56,554 bases of DNA from Bradyrhizobium sp. (GCA_035483915.1 DATHPL010000483.1:1-56554); one strand, 5' to 3'; numbered from the stretch's first letter, positions 47,501-56,554 are shown. The notes: a model not told the origin generated them from the letters alone. Program-made: numbers and translations.

Positions 47501-48391
47501 ATGAAGATCGTCGACTTGTCTCATCTGATGAACGTACACACGCCGGGCTGGGTCGGATATGCCGGCAACAAGATGTACTATGCGCAGAACCTACAGACGA
47601 TCCACATCGTCGCGCAGCGGATCGATTCCGCGCTTCATGTCGGCACCCATATCGATGGCGCCATGCACGGCACCGATGGCATGGGCGACATGGCGTCCTA
47701 TCCGATGGATTTTCTCGTCGGTCCGGGCGCCGTGGTGGATGTGTCCAAGCACATGGATGACTGGGCGGTCATTACGCCCGAGATGATCGAAAGCGCGCCC
47801 GTTGAAGTAAAGGACGGCGACATTCTTATCATTCACACCGGCTGGCACCGTTATTGGGAAGGCAAGCCGGAGCAGGATCTAGTGAAGTATTTTTGCATGC
47901 ATCCGGGCGGAAAGCAGGAACTGCTCGATTGGATGCTGAAAAAGAAGATCAAGTGGTTCGGGATCGATTGCGGATCCGGCGATCACGCCATGAACACGAC
48001 GATCCGCCGTATGCGGCCGGACCTGGCCAAGCAGTTCGAGGAAAAGGTGGGCATGAGCTGCGACCAGTTTTTCGGTAAGAACTCGTACACGCACAAGCGC
48101 TCCGGCCGAAAGGTCGTGGAAGACTATTTCCCGTTCCATTCGCAGGCGTTCCAGGAAGGCCTTATTCATGCGGAAAACGTCGGCGGCGACATCGAGCTGA
48201 TGCTGAACCAGCGCGCGGTCATCGGTGCCTTCCCGTGGCGTTATGAAGGACTTGAAGCCTGCCCATGCCGGATCGTCTGCTTCCAGGGTATCGAGGAAAA
48301 GGTCGAGGCCGTCGGCGATGTCGCTAAAGCGATCTTTGGACCGCGCCAAATTCCGTCGGGCATGATGTCGGGCGGTCCGGACGGACGTTGA
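47501..48391 (+). CDS. Cyclase-family metal-dependent hydrolase (kynurenine formamidase/isatin hydrolase fold)
   Basis: IVDLSH, HVGTHIDGAMH (HxGTHxDxxxH), IHTGW, GID and HAEN motifs. Confidence 0.9.
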   Translation: MKIVDLSHLMNVHTPGWVGYAGNKMYYAQNLQTIHIVAQRIDSALHVGTHIDGAMHGTDGMGDMASYPMDFLVGPGAVVDVSKHMDDWAVITPEMIESAPVEVKDGDILIIHTGWHRYWEGKPEQDLVKYFCMHPGGKQELLDWMLKKKIKWFGIDCGSGDHAMNTTIRRMRPDLAKQFEEKVGMSCDQFFGKNSYTHKRSGRKVVEDYFPFHSQAFQEGLIHAENVGGDIELMLNQRAVIGAFPWRYEGLEACPCRIVCFQGIEEKVEAVGDVAKAIFGPRQIPSGMMSGGPDGR

Positions 48392-48403
48392 TCACGACGG
48401 AAG

Positions 48404-48432
48404 AAAAGAGGGGCCACCGGCCCCTCTTTTTT
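48404..48432. terminator. Bidirectional intrinsic terminator between convergent cyclase and isochorismatase genes
   Basis: AAAAGAGGGGCC-ACC-GGCCCCTCTTTT 12-bp perfect stem with A/T tails. Confidence 0.8.
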
Positions 48433-48440
48433 CCCCTTAG

Positions 48441-49127
48441 TCAGACTGAATTTTTCTGGCTCTGCCAGCACTGCAAAAGCTCGGCGCTGTCGGCAACAAG
48501 TCCCAGATGCAACGAAACGATCTTCAGCGCGGCCTCTTCGAGCTCTGGATCGGTTCCCCGAACGAGGTCGGCCAGGACGATCGTCCGGTAGCCGAGATTG
48601 CTGGCGTCGAATGCGCTGTTGAGGACGCAGCAATCTGCCATGCAGCCCGTGAAAACAACACGCCTGGTTCCGAGGTTGCGCAATAGAAAATCGAGATCAG
48701 TCGGATAGAACGCCGAGAGTCGCTTTTTTCGATCGACGATCAGATCGTTCTCGCCGACCTCGGTGGCAAACTTCGTCCATTTGCTCCCTTCGATCGCGTG
48801 CGCGTCCGAATTGGGTATCGCGCCGACGTGAAGCGGAAATACCATCCGCCAGGCGGACGGGATTCCGGCGACGTCATCGACGCCGTTCTTTCGCAGTTCG
48901 CTGCGAACATGAATGACTGGAACGCCCAAGGCACGCGCCGACCGGTGGAAGGCATCGACCGGCTTGACGATCTCGCGCGCCCTGGGTGCGGGACAGGGGC
49001 AGTCGGGATCGTCGGCGAGGTGCCCCTCGTGCAGATCGATGCAAATGACGGCGGTGTGCGCGAGCGAGGTGAATTCCTCAAAGCCAGCCGGCAGGACGCG
49101 GCGTTGCCCATAAACATAGATGTCCAT
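48441..49127 (-). CDS. Isochorismatase/cysteine hydrolase family amidase
   Basis: IDLH (Asp), KKRLSAFYPTDL (Lys), ADCCV (Cys) triad; RBS AGGAG before ATG 49127. Confidence 0.88.
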   Translation of the reverse strand: MDIYVYGQRRVLPAGFEEFTSLAHTAVICIDLHEGHLADDPDCPCPAPRAREIVKPVDAFHRSARALGVPVIHVRSELRKNGVDDVAGIPSAWRMVFPLHVGAIPNSDAHAIEGSKWTKFATEVGENDLIVDRKKRLSAFYPTDLDFLLRNLGTRRVVFTGCMADCCVLNSAFDASNLGYRTIVLADLVRGTDPELEEAALKIVSLHLGLVADSAELLQCWQSQKNSV

Positions 49128-49260
49128 TTCAACGCTCCTAGCTGTAGGGTTGCCCACGTAAAAGGCAAAAAGCGGCTGTCCAATCGGACTTGTCATTTTT
49201 AATCACGCAGCATAAGTTTGAATTGTAATCAAAGTCCGGAGTTCAAGAAAGGGGGAAGCC

Positions 49261-50346
49261 ATGAAATCGTCGCTTCGAAATATTTCGATCCTTCTTACGG
49301 TTGCTGCGGCTGCAAGCGCAACCGCTGCATCTGCGGAGTTCGCACTCAAGGGGCCGATCAAGCCGGCCTGGATCTACCTCAACGCCAAGAACGACGGTGG
49401 TTGGCAACAGGCCGTCGACGAGGCGAGAGTGAAGATCGAAAAAGATCTGAACGTCAAAATTCCCTTCGTCGAAAACGTGCCCGATGAAGCTGCAAAGATC
49501 GAGCCAGCGGCCGAGCTTTACATCCAGCGTGGCTACAACGTCATTATTGGGAGTTCGTTTGGCTATTCGGATGCATTCAAGTCGCTCGCGCAGAAGCATC
49601 CCGACGTCGCGTTCATCGACATCTCCGGCACGCAACATGGCCCGAACCTCGGATCGGTTTACGGACGGACCTACGAAAGCCAATATCTCTGTGGCATGGC
49701 CGCAGGCGCCATGTCCAAGACCGGCAAGATCGGTTTTGTCGCCGCTCATCCGCTCGGGTTGGTCAACTGGACGATCAACGCTTATGCGCTCGGCGCGCAG
49801 GCGGTAAATCCCAAGGCGACGGTGACGGCGGTATTCACTGGTGCCTGGAACGATCCCGTCAAGGAGCGGACCGCTGCAAAAGCTCTGATCGACCAAGGGG
49901 CCGACATACTTGGCCAGAACATCGATACATCCACGACGCAGATCGTCGCGCAGGAGCGCGGCATCTACGGCACCGGTCACAACCGCGACCTGCGCGAGTT
50001 CGCGCCGAAGGCGACGCTCTGTTCGTCCGTTTGGGTGTGGGATCGCTTCTTCGTGCCCGAGCTGAAAAAAATCGCCTCCGGTAAGTGGACGCCGGATCAG
50101 TACGGCGATTTCCCAGGGATCAAGGGTGGTGGTACCGACATCGCCTGCTGCAACAGCGCTGTGCCGAAAGACGTCGCCGACAAGATCATGGCTGCCCGCA
50201 AGGAGATCATCGACGGCAGGCAGATCTTCAAGGGGCCCCTTCTGGACCGCGACGGGAAAGAACGAGTGCCGGACGGCAAGGTCCTGGGCGACGCCGATCT
50301 CTGGAAGATGGATTGGTACGTCAAGGGAGTCGTGACCCAAAACTGA
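49261..50346 (+). CDS. BMP-family ABC substrate-binding protein (nucleoside/purine-type)
   Basis: Signal peptide; NDGGW, SFGY, YLCGMAAG, INAYALGA and WNDPVKE motifs. Confidence 0.9.
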   Translation: MKSSLRNISILLTVAAAASATAASAEFALKGPIKPAWIYLNAKNDGGWQQAVDEARVKIEKDLNVKIPFVENVPDEAAKIEPAAELYIQRGYNVIIGSSFGYSDAFKSLAQKHPDVAFIDISGTQHGPNLGSVYGRTYESQYLCGMAAGAMSKTGKIGFVAAHPLGLVNWTINAYALGAQAVNPKATVTAVFTGAWNDPVKERTAAKALIDQGADILGQNIDTSTTQIVAQERGIYGTGHNRDLREFAPKATLCSSVWVWDRFFVPELKKIASGKWTPDQYGDFPGIKGGGTDIACCNSAVPKDVADKIMAARKEIIDGRQIFKGPLLDRDGKERVPDGKVLGDADLWKMDWYVKGVVTQN

Positions 50347-50371
50347 TCAGCCACCAAATGCAGTTATCGCT

Positions 50372-51889
50372 TTGAGAGCAGATCTTGCCCTAGAGATGTC
50401 CGGTGTCCGGAAGAGCTTCGGCTCCTTCCGGGCTCTGGACGAGGCCAGCCTCGATGTGCGTTGGGGCGAAGTGCACGCTATTCTGGGCGAGAACGGCGCC
50501 GGCAAGTCGACGTTGATGAACGTTGCGGGGGGTCTTTACTCCGCCGATAGCGGATCTCTTGTGATCGATGGGCAAGCCTGTTCATTCTCCGGTCCTCGGG
50601 ACGCGATAGCTCATGGCATCGGGATGATTCATCAGCACTTCAAGCTGGTGAGCCGGTTCAACGCCGTCGAAAATGTCATGCTCGCGAGTCCGCGCGGGAG
50701 CTATCGGCAAGGACTCGCCCAAGTCAGTTGCGACATCAGGCAACATGCCGATGCGGTCGGCTTCGCGATCGATCTCCAGCAGCCTGTAGGCCTGTTGTCG
50801 ATCGCCGAGCAGCAGCGTGTCGAGATTCTCAAGGCGTTGGTCAGCGGCGCACGCATTCTGATCCTGGATGAGCCGACCGCCGTCCTCGCCGACGACGAAG
50901 CCGCCAAACTGCTACAGACGATAAGCAATCTGGCGCGCTCCGGCATCGCGGCCGTTCTGATCACTCACAAGCTCCGCGACGTGCAGGCATTTGCCGACCG
51001 GGTTACTGTGATGCGAGCTGGGCGTACGGTTGCCACGCTCGATGCGAGAGCCGTATCGAGCGACGAGCTTACGACGCTTGCCGTGGGTTCCAGGATCGTA
51101 CCGCCAAGCCGAAGAGGACAGCCTTCGGGCGGGGAACGTCTCATCCTGCGAGAGCTTTCATATGGGCCGCCCGAACGTCCGCGGCTTCGCCAGGTCAGCT
51201 TCAGCGTGCGTGCAGGAGAAATATACGGAATTGCAGGCGTTGGCGGCAACGGCCAGACGGAGCTCTCCGATATCCTGGCGGGAGCCCGAAAGCCGACTGC
51301 GGGGACCATCGAAGTTGTTCAGCCAGACGGGGCGCATCTCGATCTGACATCGGGTGGGGCGGGCGACCGGATCGAGTCAGGATTTGCCACAGTGCCAGCG
51401 GATCGACACGGACAGGCAATAGCGTCGTCGGTTTCGGTAGCGGAAAATTATGCGATCGCACATGTGCATGAGGGGCGATGCGGACCTTGGTATTTCGTGA
51501 ACCGGGCCTCGATGCGCGATCTCGCCGGTGCGGCGATACGCGAGGCAGACGTGCAAGGCGTGCGCAGCGTCTTTCAAAGGATAGGTTTGCTTTCCGGCGG
51601 AAACGCTCAGAAGCTTGTTATGGAGCGGGAGTTCAGTCGTGAGCCGTCGATTATCGTGGTGCATAGTCCGAGCCGAGGGTTGGATGTGCGCGCCTGCGCT
51701 GCGATTCATCGGCGACTTCTCGCTGCCCGGGATGATGGAGTAGCCGTGGTTCTGATCAGTGAGGATCTGGACGAGGTGCTTGGCTTGTCCGATCGGATCG
51801 GCGTGATGACGGCTGGAAAGATCGTGGCCGAATTCGACGCCCCTGCCGAGCGCCATGCGATCGGACGCGCCATGGTGGGTCATGTCTGA
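50372..51889 (+). CDS. Nucleoside/sugar ABC ATP-binding protein (two ATPase domains)
   Basis: GENGAGKST, QHFKL, LDEPTAVL, LSGGNAQK and ISEDLDE motifs. Confidence 0.92.
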   Translation: MRADLALEMSGVRKSFGSFRALDEASLDVRWGEVHAILGENGAGKSTLMNVAGGLYSADSGSLVIDGQACSFSGPRDAIAHGIGMIHQHFKLVSRFNAVENVMLASPRGSYRQGLAQVSCDIRQHADAVGFAIDLQQPVGLLSIAEQQRVEILKALVSGARILILDEPTAVLADDEAAKLLQTISNLARSGIAAVLITHKLRDVQAFADRVTVMRAGRTVATLDARAVSSDELTTLAVGSRIVPPSRRGQPSGGERLILRELSYGPPERPRLRQVSFSVRAGEIYGIAGVGGNGQTELSDILAGARKPTAGTIEVVQPDGAHLDLTSGGAGDRIESGFATVPADRHGQAIASSVSVAENYAIAHVHEGRCGPWYFVNRASMRDLAGAAIREADVQGVRSVFQRIGLLSGGNAQKLVMEREFSREPSIIVVHSPSRGLDVRACAAIHRRLLAARDDGVAVVLISEDLDEVLGLSDRIGVMTAGKIVAEFDAPAERHAIGRAMVGHV

Positions 51890-52997
51890 TCAGATCACCA
51901 GCGCCGGTGTGCCGAATTCGACCTTGCAGGTTAGCCGCGCGGCAAAGCGCAGGCGGCAGTTCGTTCTGGAATTGCGATTGGAGATGCCCCTTTGGGCTCG
52001 CGCTCTGATCAGCATTTTGGCTGCGCTGTTCGGACTAGTCTTGTCGGCCATCATTCTGGCAGCCGCCGGCGTCGAACCGTCCAGCCTCCTGACCGAGTTC
52101 GGAACGGCGGTTGCCGACCCACAAAGCCTCCGGGCGATCCTGAACCAGTCGGCTCCGCTGATTCTGGTCGGGATCGCTGCATCTATCGCCTTCCGCGCGC
52201 GATTCTGGAATTTGGGCCTCGAGGGACAAATGGTGATGGGCGGCATCGCGGCCACAGCCATTTCTCTCGGGAAGGTCGGCCCCGATGAGAGCAGGCTGCT
52301 GTTGATGGCGATTGCTTCGGCGCTTGCTGGCGTGGTCTGGGTTGCCGTTCCGCTGGCATTGAAGTTCTTTCTCAAGATCAACGAAATCATTGCAACGCTG
52401 CTGCTCAATTATGTCGCGCAATACGCGCTCTACGATTTGCTGTTCGGAGCGTGGAAGGATCCCGTCGATTCATTCCCACATTCGGCCGCTTACAGTGCGA
52501 CCGAGAGGCTTCCTGTTATGGCCGGCTGGCTGCAGTCCGGCATGATGCTTGCGATCGTTACCGTGCTCTTTGCCTTCTGGGTGGTTCAGATCAGTCGCGC
52601 AGGGTTCTATCTGCGGTTCATCCACGCAAACATGGCAATGGCGGATCGGATGGGAGTGAGGACCGGCCGGATTGTCGCCGCGGTTGTCCTGACGTCCGGG
52701 GCCATTGCGGGTCTCGCCGGCTTTGTTGTTCCGTCCGGCATGGAAGGACGGCTGACCCAGGGCTTTTTTGAAGGATATGGCTTTTCCGGCGTTCTGATCG
52801 CGTTCCTCGCGCAGAGCAATCCGTTGGTGGCCGGCCTGGTTGCCATGCTTGTTGCCACGCTGTTCGTGGTCGGACAGAGTCTGCAGATTTTCTACCAGAT
52901 ACCCTTCGCCATGGTGCAACTCATCCAGGCGATTATCGTGATGTGTGTCGCCGGTGCCGACTTCTTCGTTCGCCACCGCATTATCCTACAACGCTGA
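51882..52997 (+). CDS. Nucleoside ABC permease
   Basis: FWNLGLEGQ, INEIIATLLLNY and GYGFSGVLIAFL motifs. Confidence 0.9.
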   Translation: MSDQITSAGVPNSTLQVSRAAKRRRQFVLELRLEMPLWARALISILAALFGLVLSAIILAAAGVEPSSLLTEFGTAVADPQSLRAILNQSAPLILVGIAASIAFRARFWNLGLEGQMVMGGIAATAISLGKVGPDESRLLLMAIASALAGVVWVAVPLALKFFLKINEIIATLLLNYVAQYALYDLLFGAWKDPVDSFPHSAAYSATERLPVMAGWLQSGMMLAIVTVLFAFWVVQISRAGFYLRFIHANMAMADRMGVRTGRIVAAVVLTSGAIAGLAGFVVPSGMEGRLTQGFFEGYGFSGVLIAFLAQSNPLVAGLVAMLVATLFVVGQSLQIFYQIPFAMVQLIQAIIVMCVAGADFFVRHRIILQR

Positions 52998-53011
52998 CAA
53001 CCGAGGCAACG

Positions 53012-53947
53012 ATGCAGGATTTTCTTGTCACATGGTTTGCGAGCATTCCCGCGCTGGCTTTACCCTACGCGCTGGCATCGGTCGGATTGATCATCAGCGA
53101 GCGAGCCGGGGTCTTGTCCCTTGGAGCGGAAGGCTTGATGCTGGTGGGCGCGCTTGCCGGTGTGGGCGCCTACATCCTGACTGGTGGTTCGGACATCGCC
53201 GCATTGCTGATCGCAATGATTTCGGCCGGGCTTGTTTCACTCATCTTTGCGGGGCTTGTCGTGGGCTTGCGGGTCAACCAGGTGATTGCCGGCCTGGCGC
53301 TCGTATTTTTCTGTCAGGGATTGACGAATCTGATCGGCACACTGGCCGGATGGCAGAATCAGGCGATCGCGGGAATGCCGGATCTGCCGCTTGGACCACT
53401 GGAAAACCTCCCGATCGTCGGTCCGATCTTTTTCAGGCATGACGTGCTTATCTATCTATTGCTTCCGATCTGCTGGGCTGTGAACCGCGTTCTCCTCTCG
53501 AGCAATCTCGGTCTGAGGTTGCGCGCGGTTGGAGAAAACCCCGCAGCGGCCGATGCTGCCGGAATCAGTGTCACGGGGACTCGTGTCCTGGCGATCGCGG
53601 CTGGAGCGACGTTGATCGGTTTGGCAGGGGGATATCTGTCCGTCGTCAGCGCCAAGCTTTGGATAGCAGGTATGACCAGCGGTCGCGGCTGGATCGCCGT
53701 TGCGCTGGTGATCTTTGCGCGGTGGAAACCAATGCAGGCCGTCGCCGGTGCATTTCTGTTCGGCGGAATCGAAGCATTGATCCCGCAACTCAACGCGGCC
53801 GGTGTCAAATTGCCTCAATACTATCTCGTGATGGCGCCTTATCTCGCCACGCTTGCCGTGATGATCTGGCAGGCGCTTGGCAGCCGTCCCGCTTCTGAAG
53901 CGCCCGCTGCTTTAGGCCAGCCCTACGTTCGCGAAGAGCGATCGTGA
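53012..53947 (+). CDS. Nucleoside ABC permease
   Basis: SERAGVLSLGAEG, LRAVGENPAAADAAG, GRGWIAVALV and PAALGQPY motifs. Confidence 0.9.
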   Translation: MQDFLVTWFASIPALALPYALASVGLIISERAGVLSLGAEGLMLVGALAGVGAYILTGGSDIAALLIAMISAGLVSLIFAGLVVGLRVNQVIAGLALVFFCQGLTNLIGTLAGWQNQAIAGMPDLPLGPLENLPIVGPIFFRHDVLIYLLLPICWAVNRVLLSSNLGLRLRAVGENPAAADAAGISVTGTRVLAIAAGATLIGLAGGYLSVVSAKLWIAGMTSGRGWIAVALVIFARWKPMQAVAGAFLFGGIEALIPQLNAAGVKLPQYYLVMAPYLATLAVMIWQALGSRPASEAPAALGQPYVREERS

Positions 53948-54037
53948 GAGGAAAACCCCGCCAAAGCTCCTGAGGTTCGTTCGAAACGAATACCTGATTT
54001 TACGAAAGTCATCCAAAAACGACGGGAATAAATCACA

Positions 54038-54166
54038 ATGGGCCTTCAGCTTGAGGGAGAAGCCGTTCTCGTAACCGGCGGGAGCGAAGGCATCGGCGAT
54101 GCGATCGCGCAAGTGTTGGCGAAGGAGGGCGCGGACGTCGCGATTTGCGCCCGGCCATGGAAGTAA
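54038..54166 (+). pseudogene. 42-codon N-terminal stub of an SDR, paralogous to 16140-16949
   Basis: Translates MGLQLEGEAVLVTGGSEGIGDAIAQVLAKEGADVAICARPWK*, compared with MDLQLKGKTALITGGSEGIGRAIASVLTKEGVDVAICARRK. Confidence 0.8.
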
Positions 54167-54170
54167 ACCG

Positions 54171-55688
54171 ATGCTGCAGACCAGGTCATACCTAACAACC
54201 GGAAAAATTGGTTCGTTGACGTTGAAAAACCGGATCATCCGGGCTGCGACGTCCGAGACCATGGCCACCGTCGACGGCGCGGTCACTGATCAACTGGTCG
54301 AGCTCTATACTGACCTCGCAAAGGGAGGCGCCGGTCTCATTATAACCGGGCACATCTACGTCACCAGCGATGGACAGTGTTCGCCGCGACAAACCGGCGC
54401 TTACGACGACGCGTTGCTTCCGGGGCTGAAGAAGTTGACGCAAGCCGTGCATCGTCACGGTGGACTGATCTTTGCCGAGCTTTCGCACGCCGGATCTCAG
54501 TCAGTAATGCCGGGTTTTACGCCTCTTGCGCCTTCCATTTCGCAGAACGCCATCTTCGAAACCGAGGCACGGGAAATGTCCCTGGCGGACATCGAACGGG
54601 TTGTAGCAGCTTTCGGCAGCGCGGCCCGGCGGATTCGCGATGCCGGTTTCGATGGGATCCATCTTCACGGTGGAAATGGATACCTCATCTCGCAATTCGC
54701 CTCTCCCATCACCAACCGCCGTGCCGACAATTGGGGTGGAAATCCGCAGGACAGAGGGCGGTTTGCCGTAAGCGTTTATCACGCAGTCCGGGAAACGGTC
54801 GGATCAGAATTCCCTGTCACGGCAAGGATGGGAATTGCGGACGCCGTCCCTGGCGGTCTGGAGGAAAGCGAGGGACTTTTGCTCGCTAAACGACTGGCCG
54901 ATCTGGGAGTGGACGCCATCGAGGTCAGCTTCGGCATCATGGATTCTTACTTGCGTAACATCAGGCCATATGTGGCCGTGTCGGCCAGGCGAGCCGTTGA
55001 GGATTGGTTATTTCCGCGACTTTGGCGCCCGTCAGGCCCTCAGGCCTACTATCGGCCCTTCGCTCGCGAGCTCAAGAAAATCTGCCACACGCCTGTGATC
55101 CTGGTCGGCGGCATCCGCACCGCGGACGTCATGACGGATGTCATTGATTCCGGCGATGCCGATTTCCTTTCGCTGGCCCGGCCCTTCATTCGCCAGCCCG
55201 ACTTGCCAGCCCGACTTGCCGAAGGTCAGCAGGGCGTCGCTTGCGTTTCCTGCAACATGTGCTTGTCGGAGGACGGATATGAACCGCTGCAATGCTGGCG
55301 CAAGAAGCCGAGCGACATGTTTCGATATCTGACTCGGAAAGTCAGGCAGACGTTCAAAACCAGAAACGCAACCGATGGAAAGTGTGATCATCGGATAAAT
55401 GCGTCGCCCAGGGCGAACTGTGAGCCTGCGGATGCCCACCGAATATCACCGAGCGCTTCAGTTGGCGGGATAGGCTTTTTCCGGAGGCGAAATCCGATTT
55501 GGCGGCCGCAGTTCAAATGGTGGGTTTTGACTAGAGGCGGTCGAAAATGCTTTATCTTCCAAGGGGGATTGACTGACACTCTCTCCGCCGCTGACTGTTC
55601 GTCTTTGTATCCGATCGTTCAAAGCGATGGCGCGACAACTAGCAGCGCGACAAAGGCTGTTGGCGCTAGTTCCGCGATGTTACCTTAG
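54171..55688 (+). CDS. Old yellow enzyme/NADH:flavin oxidoreductase with aberrant C-terminal extension into the repeat
   Basis: LKNRIIRAAT, ELSHAG, GFDGIHLHGGNGYLISQF, VGGIR, ARPFI and CVSCNMC motifs; last ~110 aa look non-protein-like. Confidence 0.85.
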   Translation: MLQTRSYLTTGKIGSLTLKNRIIRAATSETMATVDGAVTDQLVELYTDLAKGGAGLIITGHIYVTSDGQCSPRQTGAYDDALLPGLKKLTQAVHRHGGLIFAELSHAGSQSVMPGFTPLAPSISQNAIFETEAREMSLADIERVVAAFGSAARRIRDAGFDGIHLHGGNGYLISQFASPITNRRADNWGGNPQDRGRFAVSVYHAVRETVGSEFPVTARMGIADAVPGGLEESEGLLLAKRLADLGVDAIEVSFGIMDSYLRNIRPYVAVSARRAVEDWLFPRLWRPSGPQAYYRPFARELKKICHTPVILVGGIRTADVMTDVIDSGDADFLSLARPFIRQPDLPARLAEGQQGVACVSCNMCLSEDGYEPLQCWRKKPSDMFRYLTRKVRQTFKTRNATDGKCDHRINASPRANCEPADAHRISPSASVGGIGFFRRRNPIWRPQFKWWVLTRGGRKCFIFQGGLTDTLSAADCSSLYPIVQSDGATTSSATKAVGASSAMLP

Positions 55689-55786
55689 TCACCGCGCAAA
55701 CCGTAGCTTCTGAGTGTGGGGTCGGAGGACGGATTTAGCGATAGAAAACATGTGGAGCAAAGCTCAAGCCGCTCGAGATCAAAGGC
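55462..55786 (+). repeat. Right copy of the long degenerate direct repeat (partner at 11601-12061)
   Basis: Core 55539-55583 matches 11675-11719 at 43/45; collinear downstream blocks. Confidence 0.85.
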
Positions 55787-56297
55787 CGAACTTTGATTTT
55801 TGCCTCATCGTCTTCAGGACACACGTGCAGGAATAGGTGCGATCAGTGTTGAAAGGGCGACAAGCAGAGCTGGCCATGCCTAGAGCGCGACTAGCTGGAA
55901 ATGCGGCGGCTCCTCGAAGCTGTACGAACAATCAGATTAAGCAAGTTGGTTAGCCGAGGCAGAAGGTCAGTCAGCTCTCTTTCGAAGGCACAAGCGGCAG
56001 CAAGGATAAGGAGCCGCGGGCGTGTTCCGGCGGCTCGCCGAGCCCGACGGTGGCCTCAAGGGCTTTGTGCTCACAGCCGCGCAAAGAGACCAGATCGCGA
56101 TAGCGGTCTGAAGTAATCTGCATCGGTCCGTCCTGCGGTTTATCGATGCCGGTAAGAAGACGTCGGCCCACGTTTTCGAGGGCCTGCCAGCCAGCGGAAG
56201 AGGCGGCGGCGTGTTAGACAATACGGCCGGGTCTTCTCCCGCTTCGTGCGGATTGCCTGCCCGCGTTAGATCGGAAAGATGAGTAATTTCAGCGGCG

Positions 56298-56344
56298 CCG
56301 AGAGATTTTAAGTCCCTTGCGTCTACCAATTCCGCCACGTCCGC
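56298..56344 (-). pseudogene. 5' half of tRNA-Leu(TAA); T-arm and 3' acceptor strand absent
   Basis: GCGGACGTGGCGGAATTGGTAGACGCAAGGGACTTAAAATCTCTCGG gives acceptor 5' strand, D-arm and anticodon arm AGGGA-CTTAAAA-TCTCT; no GTTCRA or CCA follows. Confidence 0.8.
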
Positions 56345-56554
56345 TTTGATCATGGGATCAAATAGTTAGCGCAGTTTTTGAGTCCGGGGAATGAGCCGGG
56401 CCAGCCGCGCCGTCTAAACCTTTAAGCGACCAGGCCCGCCAAGGCAAAGCCTCATTCCCGACACCAGTGCCGCCTACCAGTCCCTGCTTTACGCAACCTC
56501 AATGTTGAGGGATTAACAGGGTTACATGCTCGCTTCCCCCGCTCGCTTCCGTGT

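Noticed and set aside
56260-56344. Intact tRNA-Leu gene
   Set aside because: No T-arm (GTTCRA) or 3' acceptor strand complementary to GCGGACG
55967-56353. 128-aa ORF at the right end
   Set aside because: Its N-terminus (ADVAELVDARDLKSLG) is just the translation of the tRNA fragment
1-56554. CRISPR array, transposase or integrase
   Set aside because: No regularly spaced short repeats, and no ORF with DDE, tyrosine- or serine-recombinase motifs was recognised

Overview
High-GC alphaproteobacterial accessory DNA, Bradyrhizobium-like by gene content and style (inference). It has two parts. (1) At 0.7-11 kb is a double radical-SAM region. A triad of TusA-like-fused radical SAM, signal-less PhnD-fold protein and acyl-CoA dehydrogenase resembles M. 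tuberculosis Rv1679-1681. It sits back-to-back with a tightly coupled 5-gene operon (nucleoside phosphorylase, DUF2064/TIGR04282 transferase, GT-C/GT87 membrane glycosyltransferase, radical SAM-SPASM, DPM-like GT2). A methyltransferase, a DoxX-type membrane protein and a secreted protein follow. (2) A ~44-kb catabolic block is bracketed by a degenerate direct repeat (43/45-nt core at 11675 and 55539) with broken genes at its edges. It holds three modules: a NicR-like MarR/NCS2/atypical-SDR/Mo-hydroxylase module; a triple NtaA/DmoA-type flavin monooxygenase module with a polyamine-type ABC transporter, acyl-CoA synthetase and SsuE; and a Mo-hydroxylase with two large subunits plus paired cupins, CoxG, cyclase, isochorismatase, a BMP ABC transporter and an OYE. 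This points to uncharacterised N-heterocycle catabolism. A 5'-half tRNA-Leu(TAA) remnant lies near the right end. I saw no integrase, transposase or CRISPR array. Product calls come from motifs recognised by eye, and no searches were run.
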